64,000 bases of DNA from Phoronis australis. Lineage: Eukaryota > Animalia > Phoronida. The notes beneath the pieces were generated by a model. The model searched no databases. It was not told where the DNA came from and was given only the letters and a program-made list of their open reading frames with translations. Location: assembly GCA_002633005.1 (NCBI GenBank), contig NMRA01000061.1:62001-126000 (forward strand), written 5' to 3'. Below, one piece after another: positions 38,353-50,900 of this stretch. A program made the translations under genes and the position numbers. Every line of letters begins with the position of its first letter. Positions within the stretch are counted from its first letter, which is position 1.

Positions 38353-41300
38353 GGCTGTTTACATTTCACAATCCAAACTTTGACGAAAGTCATTCACTGA
38401 TGAATATTAAAACGCTTTCACATTGTTGTGCAACCTGTAAAAAAATAAAGCATACATCATTCTACTAAATCAGTTTAAAATTCCACACAGAAAAATTGAA
38501 CCCGATTCCTATGCGAATATTTCTTAGAAAAAAGTCAGACACAATACACTTTTAACATTCGCAGACTTATATGGCCTTTCATACTAACGTCGATGTTTTG
38601 GGAATTGCGATCAGTATGGACCTTTAAATTCGGTCCTGGATCAAAGTTAACAGCAACAGTTTGCAGTAAACAGGTGGATTTAATAGTGCAGCATCAACGC
38701 TGCGATGCGGCATGACCAGTCAACTTTGGTCCCATTGAAGTTATTGTCAGGTGACAATGTCATCGTAAACAACTAAAGGGCAGTGTCATAGCCAATAGCT
38801 GCTCATAGTTTGCTCAAATCACCAATCGAATTAGAAATGTTATATGTCAATTAGCACATATATGTGTTCTTAAATTGTCACAATGGAAAAATATGTTAGC
38901 GTGCAAGGGATGCATCAGCACTACCTTGTAATTACTTCGATGACTACAGCATCACCTAACCTTTACTTCGACGTCCATTAACTACCAAAGCCGGTATGAA
39001 CGGTTCATTTAACTTCGCAGTTTACGTGGACCCTCTTCTCAGATTGGAGTTAAGTCAGTAGGAAAGGGCCTTATGACTAGTTCCAAAAACATCCATTTTA
39101 CATTAAGTAACAAAAATAACCAAATAAACCTGTACTGTACTTTATTCCTAAAATTTGTACAGAACACTATAAGTGAGATAAAGGAGCATTTTGCTGCCAA
39201 TGTTAAATTCTTAACTAAAGTGTTTTGTGGTTTAGAAACATTACTATGCTCCTCCCAACTTGAATTGAGCTGGAAAATCAAAACCACAGACAATGCAAAT
39301 AGGTGCCAATTTCGAAGTCGTATTTTAGGGTTGGTCATATCCCAACAAACTCAGAAATGTTTTCTTGAGTAGATAATGGCTTTTGAGGATTCTTTTTTCA
39401 TAATGGAAATAGAAATCCTATCAAAGTACGGAATACTATGAGACTAATTTTAAGAAAGTAAAATGCCAAATTCGATGTTCATGTTTACCCAATTAAACCG
39501 AACACAATGCAGCTTAAAACATCTGGAGGGTGAAGCCAGGCATTTTTTTGTCCAGACTAACACTTAAAGAAATCGTGTAAAAATGGCAAAAGAATGTAAA
39601 AGTGTATTTAAACTTGACAAGCTTAAGTCAGAAAGAGTGTTTATCATCAGTCTACTAAGTCCCTCAATAAACATCCTTGTGTTTACAGTTAGGTAAACTG
39701 AAGAAGGAAAGGTAGATGCTGTTCAAATGCAAATGAACTCAGTTGACAGGTCACACCTGAGACAAAATGAGCCATAGAGATTTTACCTCACGAGGCAGTG
39801 AAGCAAATGTCTATCTAGTTGTACTTCCTTTACCTGGTGAGCTGTTAATACTAATAGCATGCAGGCATGATGAGCTAAGTGTTAGGGGGATTATCTTACA
39901 TAGCCAACAAAAATTAATTACTGTATCACCTAACAACAATAACTATCTCTGGTTGGCTCATTGAAATCCTGTGTACTACATTTCATTACCACAAAAAGTA
40001 GTAAACAGGTTAAGGTAGTGAGTATTTTACCTTGTTGCATATGCATAAGGAGGTTGCAAGGCAAATTTCACTTGAGCTCAGAGGTTATAGGTCTAGACTT
40101 GATGCAGACAGGTCAGCTCACAGCTCTCTATCTGTGGTGACCCTTACTTACAATATGAGCATTGTTTGAGAATTACATAGTAGTGAATGATTGGGTTACA
40201 GTCATATCTTGCTGTGCTTCATCAATTGCAACACAATAGTCATGATTTACACACAAGGGACAATAAACTACCTTACCCTTGGAGATGGGCTACCTGGGAT
40301 TGGGGTGGTTATTTGAAATGGGTTTGCCACAGAATCAGAATTAAACTATAGGCATCACGATTTTGTTGGCCAATTCAATAAAAAATACATAAAAACCTGA
40401 AACATGACTGTTCATGAGTAAAATACAACTGTTACACAAAACAATGTACAGAGATTTATTAAAGCTCAGTACAGTAGGACTTTACAAACAGCTAACCACA
40501 GCTTACAGTGATAAAAAGCTATTACAAGCAATATACCCCAGATGACAAAGATCTCATAAATAAAATAAAGCTCACTGACAGCCCTAACACAATAGGCCTA
40601 ATGAAAGTGACAGGATCTAAAGTTTCTCACATACAAGACTAATGGAAAATAACCAGTCAACTTAGCAGTAAGCAATACACTCACTTACTAAAGGAGGAAA
40701 CATTTGGCAAACTGAGACTGCCTGTACAGTATGACTGGCAAACTGAGAATGGTGTACAGTATGCTATCAAACAGCTCCAAGGTGGATCTCTAGTGATGAC
40801 TGATGTAATGCATGCTGTGAGTCATTAGACACAGTGGGATGATAAAAACAATGACCTATAATACCATGAGATCAGTTTTATAAGTTTGGGTTCAATAGCC
40901 TAAAACTGATTCACCTTTCTATAATAGTAGACAAAGTGTCACACCTTGCCTGTCACAGGAAGATAAATACTGGACACTTCAATCTCATAATATTTCAGAG
41001 GCAAAGTTTTCACCTCATCAAATACAACATTTCATCTGGTCATACTGGTTTCATAAATCAAATTTAACAAAAAGTTCTTAAAACCAATATAATACAACTT
41101 TTAAAAGTGAACTTATAACATGATCAAGTCTGTACTTCTCATAATTACTGAAATGTCATTATACAGGAACTTGTAAATTCGGGTATGCTGGTCCTGAACT
41201 GACAAGATTTCACCAAATTTTCATACAACAAAGTCCGGTGAGGGAGACTCAAGTATGTTTCGACTGAAGAATCAAGGATAAATGCCCAAATTATCTTGAT

Positions 41301-43824
41301 ACTTCTATCAATGAAGCTAATAATTCCAGCCAATCAGGTCACGAGAACATGTAAACACAACAACAGTCAGCCATCATTGTCTAACAGAAACCATTTGTTC
41401 CATAAAATAGCACAGCAGAGCATTTAAATTCTTGTTGCCGAATATGCAAGACCACCACCACACCTACACTGTCTACTCCTAGCGACCAGACAATCCTTTT
41501 GAATGAATCTTGGTGTGTTTCTGGTCTGTTTTTTGAAAATTGAGTATCATGGTGCGATTTTTAGTGGCTCACTTTTTCAAAACAGAAAATCAACATGAGA
41601 CTAGCAAACATGATGCCGGATTTTTTATTGGACTCTTGACAGGTTTTGGTAGGGAGGGCTTTATCAGCCAATCATAACTTTGGCATTGTTCTCTGACATA
41701 ATGACAAATGTCTCAGTTATTAGGTCATAGGTTTGTAAGCCAATCATAACTTTGGCATTGTTTTCTGACATAATGATCCAAACTACATGTTAAGCAAAGC
41801 ATGAAAGTCAGAGATTGAACATGGTTTTTGACATATTTGTATATTTTTGTTTAAAAATTTGTAAACAGAAACTAGCATGTGTGCTATTCTCTTATTATTT
41901 GTGTCTTGATATGACTTTAAATGAAGTTTATGACTACAGACTACTACTAGTACTATGCGCTTGTGGTACTTTGTAACGGTAACTACGAAAGGTGTGGCCT
42001 ATCCATCCTCTTCAGATTATTTTGTGCTATGTGTTAACAGGTAAATCTAATTGCGAATGTATGCATTCTTCATTTGATGTTAATTGTAAAATTTTAATTT
42101 ATATCTAACATTGATTATGAGGTAAAAATTGCAGATGCTGTTCTCAAAATTGAGAACCATCATGACAGTAACATAGCATAGATTTTTGTGAATCGGTAGA
42201 GGTATCGTTTATCGACGTCGGACCGTTATTTGAAGAGATATGGGGGATTGAAGAGGGATACCTCAACTCAAATTTAACCAGACTATGATATCAGTAGCCT
42301 CTGGGCAGTAAACCAACACAGCTAGATACGGTAAAGTCGCGTGATTTTCGGACGGCCCGCCATTTTCGACCAAGAATAAATATTTACGAAATGAGTTTTT
42401 CATAGTCCACGAAATTCGTACAAGGTCCAAAAACTGTTTTTCAAAGATCCTCGAATTTCGGACATTGTCATAAACATCAGAATTTTGTCCCGCGACTTTC
42501 GGACAAGGAAAATTTTAGATACGGTAATTTGGGATCGACGCAACTCCCGTGTCACTAAAGCGTTCAACGGATGATTACTACTGTATAAGGCTCGAGTCCG
42601 AGAATCGGTATAACGGGTTTGTAATTTTTACCTTGTCTTGACGATGTCACGACCGTTACTCGATTGTCTTGCGTTTAGCTTGTGTTTGGCGCTTTAGCTA
42701 TGAAAAGAATCACCGAGTTCCGCCTAACGAAAATTTCTGATGAAAATACAAATAGGAAATACACCGAAGGCTGCAACTTTTCGTTGTAGCGTAACATGTG
42801 CTCTGGTTTAAATAGGCCGTGCTGTTCGACTCCCGACTGTGACATTGAACATGCACGCCTGACATCAACTTGCGTGTTTACGAAACGTTTTTATTTTAAA
42901 ACGTCCTGGCCTTTGCAAATGCCCAACTATCGCCGGACAATAAGTTTTGCTGCCACTTACCTGCATCCCGGCGAATGATTGAAATCTTGGTGCAGCCGTT
43001 CTGGGCTTGCTTAATAATTTTGAATGGGACAGTTAGCAAGGAATGAGCCACCACTGACTAACATTCAGACGTGCTTCTGACAACGCAATTTTTGGGTTGA
43101 AACGAAAATTTTTCATTAAAAATCTGTTTGCAGTTCAAACGTCTTTCGTTTTTCAGTGTCTTCTTGGTAGTGCTCATTCGTGTAATGTGTTAAGCGGTGT
43201 AAGGCCCAGCACTCAGAACGGCGCGCTGGCGCAGTGCCGCACACGCATTTGCTACAGGGGCACTGCATCCCTGCCTTAGTGTTGTGTAAGTGCCTGTACT
43301 ATAACACATATCAAAAACTAATATACAACCACGTAACCACGCTTCACTACCCTTACAAATTCTCTATCTTTGATAATCATCACAGATGCAAGAATCTCGC
43401 TAAAGAAGCTAGTGTGATCGTGTGCTTCGCTTGCAATACTTGACCATACGTCTCGAAGTCTTCAGACTAGCGTGCTCGGTGAGATTCTCACCCTTGCGGC
43501 CCTGGACAAAGACTAGGGTAGAGTTCAGTAGCTGTCTTGGGAATAGAAAAATCTAGCCAAAATCACGTTTTCAACTGAAAATACACAACATGTCACGTAA
43601 TTTCATGAATTCTTGCTTTTTAGTGAAGTCCTAGCGTTACGAGCTTTACCCCTATGTAGACCTAAAAATATTGAATATGCGGCGACCTAATTTTGATTGA
43701 TCATCCACTGGTCTGTGTACTTGTGGTCTTGTTAATTCGCGCCTTGTACCGTCTGAGGTACAACACCCTGGACTCCATGGTGTCCCGAGATTAAGATGAA
43801 TCCCGACAACTGAGGACACCGGGA

Positions 43825-43966
43825 CATGGGCGGCGCACCATAGGGGACTGGGGGGCTATAACCTCCCACTTTTTTCAGTGCTACGCCACGCGTGGTCAAT
43901 AGGCGATGCACCACAGAGGTCTGAGGGGGCTTTAGCCCTCCAATTTTTTCAGTGCTGCGCCGCCCA
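43825..43966. mobile_element. Short hAT-like MITE (copy 2)
   Basis: catgggcggcgcacca...tcagtgctgcgccgccca, colinear with 20963-21106. Confidence 0.75.
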
Positions 43967-44439
43967 AGCGGTACCCTGTGGCACTCGATCTCTGTCTGCG
44001 GCGACCATAAGAAAATCCTCCAATCATTTCGAAAAATGACAAGTCAGTTGAATCAGATTTGATAGTCGTTGCTTCTTGCGGTCCTAGGGGTAGGCTAACA
44101 AGAATACAGGACCTGCAGTCCGATGCAACGAACCTGAGACCTTATAGGTGTTTCCGACCTGGAGTTCCATATCTACTTTCCACAGGACCTTGTCTTCTTG
44201 TCCATTTCACCGTCTTCAGTTGATAGTTTTGAGACAAAAAAGAAACGTGATCTTAAACTACAGACCATGCTTTTTGTATTACTTAAGATAGTTTTAGAGG
44301 CATTTCAGCTGTAAGTGTGTTTAATTGTGTTTGATTCGAAAGAGATGGCTGTTACATTGCTAATTATTATTGTTCTATTTTTACCCGAGGTGATGCCTTA
44401 CCTGCAGCAAGGGTAAATAATTTTGGGAAGTATTACCAC

Positions 44440-44559
44440 CGATTTCCGTATATAAGTTCGGGAAACCAAACGTCTTATGTAAAAATACTTTTTAGGGAAA
44501 AATTTAAGATACGCAAATTGGCCATATATTCTGCTGGACTTATATACGGAAATCTACGG
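44440..44559. mobile_element. Tiny Tigger/pogo-like MITE
   Basis: TIRs gatttccgtatataagt ... acttatatacggaaatc(tacgg). Confidence 0.6.
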
Positions 44560-46755
44560 TGAATCTTCTTAAACCTGTAAACCATGAAAATTTCATTGAG
44601 ACAGTTTTGTTCTACTAACATGTTCAACTAACATTCCGTTCATGCAAGTCGGTCAGTACGTTTGCGTTTAAGTCGTTATTGCAACAGGTAAGTGTTGTTT
44701 TGATTTTTGTTTGGTGTTTCCATATTTTATTTTGTTATGTATTCCTCTCCTCAGATAGTCACTGTTATTTTTCAAAAACATTTCAGTCTGTACTTATAAT
44801 GAGACTTCAGTAAACTCGCGACTGTTCATACATGTACTTTAAATGTTAGCTGAAGTGTGTAGTGTCCATCAGCAGAGACCTGTAGGAAGAATTATTTTCC
44901 ATAACTGTAGCAAATATATGACGCAATGAAATAAAAACCGTCGACATAGATGGATTGTAATTGGTTAAGTATGTATTAAGAAAGAAAATTAAGTATATTA
45001 ATAGTAGATCGGTTCTTGAATTGCCTGGTTTACGTCCTTCATGAGTTCACGCTGTCCCAAATTGAATGCTTTCGTTTTTCTTTTCAGGTCGTCACTAGTC
45101 GATTCTTCTAACAGTCGTGATCTGGCCAGTAGCCTATCGTATCAACGTGCCCAACAACGGTCTTGGCAGGGGGGTGCACCTAGCAGACTCCCATAGAATT
45201 AGTGGTTCAAAATCGACATTGGTGTGCACGGGGGGGGGGGGTGGCGGCGTAAATTAGTAGTGACTGACGGAGACTGAGCTGCGCGAAATTGGTGACGACC
45301 GTGGACGGCGCTAAACTGGTGACGACCAGAAGAAACGGCCCTGTTATCTTCAACGCAGATTACCAGAAAATGTCAACGATTATCAGTTTCATTTCATCCA
45401 CAAAAAGATTTCACAAGTCAGAGTTTTCACTGTGGTTAAAAACGTAAGCGAACCCAGATGTGTTAGGTCACCTCAGTTGCATGAAGACGCGCCAGTGTAT
45501 CACTGAGTTAACATCGGGCGTTTCAAAGGCTGTGGATGAGAAAGGTTTTAATTGTAAAAAAAACGGTTGGGTGAATTTGATGTTGGTAGCATTTGAAATT
45601 GCATTTGCTTTCTAGACAACGCCCTTATATATACAATATGTTAGTTAATCGTGTCTTCAGCCGCGCAGCACTGTACTAGTCGACGCATTCCCATCGTTTG
45701 CCGCAGTAGGCCTAAACATGTAGAACGACAGCGCTTCTTCAACAATTCAGACGACTACCAGGACGACAAATGGGGATCACAAGTCGATGAGAAACTACTC
45801 GTTTTATTATCATGATTGTCTTTGTTATCTATTTTGGGTAATTGTTCAATCGAAGTTTTCATGTTGAAACTGAGCTTTCAGTTAATATGGAAATAAATGT
45901 GTCAGAGTTAACTTGCGTTTCGGTTTGTAACCAGCAGACAATGCATGGATACGTTTAACAAACATAAATATATGCTATGTTCTTGTCATTGTTCGTCACT
46001 TTCTTCATTGAACTCGTTCCCACATCCATTACTGTTACGTTTAATGCAAAATTCGTTAAAATTGAGAAAGCGCATGTTTTGATGGTCGGGAACCCTCTTT
46101 GTGCGCCGAATACGCAATTCCAGCATTTTATTGGGAAACCATGCGTTCACAGCGCAAACTCGACATTTTTGTTATTGAGAAAACGCATTTTTACAAAAGA
46201 GAATCGGTTGTCTAACGTTTCATGTGCGTCAACAACGCAAACCAGACCCACTCATTGAAAAGCCCATATTTGTCACCAGGAAGACTCTTCGCAACGCAGC
46301 CCGATATTTCAAGTGGGATAGCGCAGTTTTGAAAAGATTCCGTCACTTGCGGAGAACGGTTTTTGAGCATCGGCAATGCAAGCCGAATATTTCATATTGA
46401 GAAAGCACATCTTTGAAAAGAAGAACCAACACTTGTTGGGAACGGTCTTTGTGCGTCGACGGCGCACATTTCTTATTGGGAAAGCCAGATTTTCAAAAAT
46501 TAATCGCTCAGACCATTTGAGTCTCATTTACCTGCAATTATACTGCTATCAAATGACCGAGCCAGCATTGTTGATGCTACGACCGCTCATCGAAATAATG
46601 TACACCCACGAAATTCGGACACTAGCGGAAACCCAAATTTGGAGGTTCGCCAAATTCGGACACCACAAAATGATATTTCGCGAGATTCGTCCAAGAATGA
46701 ATTTTTTCTATTGGAATTAATTTTCAGTGTCCGAAAATCACGCGACTTTACCGTA

Positions 46756-47127
46756 TGTAGCAGCCCAAACTGATGCCTGTGCACCAAGCTGATTTGGCGC
46801 ACTTCAATTTGGTGTGGGCTTGTGAACCACACTGATGCCTGTGTCAAATTGAAGCTACCATAAGTTCCCAAATTACTTTAAATGGTTTATGTTTTTTAAC
46901 AGTTATCAGAACCGCAATTGACAACAACGAATGCGGAGTGGTGCGTAATAGTTTCTCAGGACACCTTCCCCGTGCGACTATGACCAGCATACATGAGCAC
47001 TCATTGTCGTCAATTTCATAAGCCAAAACTGGCAGTAATTTGTTAGCTGATGGTACCTTCAGTTTGGCACAGGCATCCGTTTGGCTCAGGCATCAGTTTG
47101 GCTCAGGCATCAGTCTGGGCTGCAACA
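46756..47127. mobile_element. MITE with TGT...ACA ends and subterminal caaactgatgcctg repeats
   Basis: tgtagcagcccaaactgatgcctg at the left and caggcatcagtctgggctgcaaca at the right. It directly abuts the right TIR of the 4.4-kb element. Confidence 0.75.
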
Positions 47128-47928
47128 GACACAAACAGAAAGTAGCACAAGCCACAAGGCAAATTGCCCAAGGCTGAGATCCCTATTCCTGCTGAAGTGA
47201 AGATGCCTTTTTAAGCAGTAATACTAACCAAGCCCCTGTCTCAACACCAAGCAGATTAAAGTGAAAAACACACTCACACACATATCCCATCCAGTGCACA
47301 CTGAATCCCACGCTGGGTCAAAGAACACGGTGAACTGTGCATGATGTGGACTGGAGAGTGGAGCGGAACTTCGTAAGTAAAGTAAACACGCCTAGAGTTC
47401 CCATTAAAGATGCGATGCTATAGTAGAATGCGCAAACCATAAGAACTTACCTAAGTGTCAGTAGGCCTATTGACCAGAGTTATCTGTGGTACGTGAATTT
47501 TTGTTTCTCCTTGTTTACGACACCGAAACAAATCATGAGAAGATAACAGTCATAGATCTAGGTTACCCGAAATTTTTGTTGTGATTTGAGAATTATCTCC
47601 CCTATCAGAATCTAAAACCCTCCAAAAGTACTTTTTGTAATCAAATGAAAACTATCAAAAAAAATAATTTTCACAATGTAAAAACACTTAAATAAATAAT
47701 TAAATAGCAAAAAGATACTTTATTTAAGTTTTAGTCGACCAAAATGTCCTAAGAATAGTTCAAATTTTTGTTCCAGCAATAAGGTATGGGGTTCAATTCT
47801 GAAAACAGGCACGGGCTCCAAAGTTTGAAAATGGACGATCCGAAGAACTTGTAAACATTGAACAAGATTATGAAAATGAGTTTGTTTTAACTGCACAGCC
47901 CATTTGAATTTAGGGTTAGAGACGTGAC

Positions 47929-50900
47929 ATGCCAACTAAAGACCGTGGACCGTTGTTTGAGGCCCAAAGAGAAGGCGATTTATTTAAGAAACAGGTGACA
48001 ATGTCTAGTCCTAGTCGTCGGCAGGTTCTCAAAATCGACAAACGGGTTAATTTCTCTCTATCGGATAAATTCTTCTGATAGGGAAAGCAATTCTCCTTTT
48101 GATCACGAGAAAATCTTCCAGGTTGGGGAATGGATTTCACAATGTATTTGCACATAGCCATCCAGTTAGTTAGACACTGACAGCCTTTGCCCTCTTCGGC
48201 TCTTGGCGTGGCTGGCAGATAGGAGAACTACACTCTACATCCCCTGGTTGAATGCCGCAGGTGACCTGCCCCAGGCCAAGGCAATATCCCTCTCAGTACA
48301 TCCATTTTTTTGGAACACCATGACCTTAATGGCATTCAGTTGTAACATGTCAATAAAACTAATAGTCCCAGGTGACTAGATCGCAGGAACGTGTAAACAT
48401 GTCAGCGCGCTGTTTGTATCCCACAATCATTGGTTGTGAATGATAGCATTAAGATGGTTTTGCGATGCTTTTCGGGACCCTTGCAATGAAAATCAACATC
48501 ACGCAGAGAAGGAAAGAGGTTGAAAAGTGTATGTCACTGATAAAAGCATGTAGTAGTGGACTTGCACTTTATGATATGTTAGTTTTACATGGAAGCAGCT
48601 GGTCTTCTAATGAATTCCAGGTGTTTGTTACTACCTATTTCAATTCTCGCGTTCTGCATTGATTGCTCTCCCATGCCGTGAGGTACGAAATAGAGGCACA
48701 CCTCCAGATATGGCAGGCAGGTCAGCAACCTCACTTTTGCTCCTGTGGAGATTCACATGTTAGCATCTGTCGTCTGGATACTTTATATTTTATGTCTTAT
48801 CTAAGTCATGCCTTGAAAGTATTACGGTTGATTCAAGTATGTGGGATAAGGTGGATAAATATCTGTGGATGTGGGATGTCACATTTCACTCCTTCCCGAC
48901 TGTTGTGAGGGACAAAAGATGGCGAAGCCCGTTGTGCACAGATGGCTACCGTTGCACAATCAATGTAATCTTACCTCCTGGTCAAGAAGAGCGGGAGTGT
49001 GGAATATGGGAAATCCAGCTAAGAATTATGAAAACAATGATATTGTAACAGTTATGGAAGAATACGATTATCATAATTCTTCACCCATATAGCACACTTT
49101 ATGGTGGACAAGGAAATTTTGTTTTGTAAATTTTTTCTACGTAAGCACAAATTAAGAAAATTTTAGTGCATTATTGGCTTGGTTTGTACTGTGTTGGTGT
49201 CATAAAACAGTGTGTGGTAAAGCTCCCATTATTTGTGCAGCAAGGTAACGAGGCTTTAAAAATGTAAAAATAACAAATTTTCATAAATATTTTTGTGTGA
49301 AATAAGTGGAACATTGTCGTTTGTAGTTCTTGACACGGAAACATATATAAGAGCTTTAATTCTTTTCAGATTGACGAGCTTGTCGGAGTGAGTGACAAGC
49401 CAATTAAGGACCTGAACTTTCCTAACCGGTCTGTTAAGTTGAAAGAACTGAGTAAGAAGTAAGTGTGACCAGGGCCCGGTCTCCAATCTTTTTACTTGAA
49501 ATGGAACTCGAAATTAGGTTTGGCATTTTCTACTCTACTTTTGTGCGAACTCAAGATAAGTGTCTATTATTCTATGCTCGAGTACACAATAACTTACTTA
49601 GATAATTTATTGCCCTTAGTTCACAGTTTGTAAACCCAATATTAAAGCAATAAGTTCGAGTTTGAACTCGAGTTTGTAGCACGAATATCAGGGTCTTCAA
49701 GGGCAAACTTGAACTAGAAACTCCTATGCATAAACTATAATGTATTCGAGCACAGTCTGATAACCAATTATCTTAAGTTCGCACAAAAGGAGCAGAGAAA
49801 TTGCCAAAAATAGTTTCGAGTTCGTTTCGAGTACAAAGATTAGAGACTGGGCCATGGTATAGTTCATACAGAGCTCTTGCATTGTATTTAAGTTTTGCAT
49901 GTTTCAGTGGAAGCGTGACATACAAAATTTCGTGGTATTTGAGAAATGCGGTAGTTTTTGAAATAAACTCCAAGACATACTTTGACAGAGCTCTGTCAGA
50001 CTCTGCAAAATTTGGACGAAGTTATTGCTGATACTCTTCTAAATTGTACTAAAAAAGAAATGATCAATTAATGGCAGATTGGTTAAACATCAAAAGCCAA
50101 GTTTTACAGGGTTTCTTGAGAAATTGTATTCTTTTATTGAGTTAAAATCTATAGTTTTGTTGTTGCCAGTATTATGTAGCACTTCAGATGAATCTTTGAT
50201 GCAGTAAAATTGTTTTTGAAATTTAATCGCAGGTCAATGTGATGTTATTGTACCTAGTCACTAATTGTTTATTTTTGAATGGTTAGTTGTCGCAATTTCG
50301 ACGAAGTGCTTTAACCTGTCAGAAATTTTTGCCGAGATTCAGCCGTAATTGAAAGGAGTTCTTGTCAAGAAGAAATGGATATTTTGGCGCGGATTTTTGT
50401 GGCGAAACCTCATCGAACTTTGATATTGTTCAGTATATCTTGAAAACTATTTTACATGCATTTATTTTGAAAATATAGAGAAACAAATTTCTCTGACATC
50501 ATTCACAACAGAGTTTACTCTGACTCCTTAAATTTGCTTTTGCTGAACTCTATGGCTCACAACCAGTTGGGTAAATATGCTTTATATACATTATATTGTC
50601 TGTACCTACTGTTGTTCATTATTGATTTAGGTGTGAGAATGTGTCCAGTGGCATCACAAGATTACACAAAAAGGTGCAGAAACTCACCAAGGTAAAAACA
50701 GAATGGTCAATTTCACTTATTGCCATTTTCGAACTCATATCATTTTCTTTTTATACAAGTTTTGCGTTTTTTATATGATAAAAGTGCTACTATGTTTTTG
50801 GATATCGATTTGTCAGGTGTCGTGTTATGCTCAGATAGTCATTTGCATTAGACTATTTTTGATGGGCCACGTTTTCATTGGTTTTAATCAACCTAATATG

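Larger units (their letters stand above)
42327..46755. mobile_element. ~4.4-kb TA-flanked TIR element (Tc1/mariner-pogo-like ends), non-autonomous, with nested MITEs
   Basis: TAcggtaaagtcgcgtgattttcggac at 42327 and its exact reverse complement gtccgaaaatcacgcgactttaccgTA ending at 46755. Subterminal ttcggac motifs occur at both ends. No intact transposase ORF. Confidence 0.8.

Noticed and set aside
43421-43441. U6 snRNA-like start (gtgcttcgcttgc)
   Set aside because: No downstream U6 sequence such as the ACAGAGA box.
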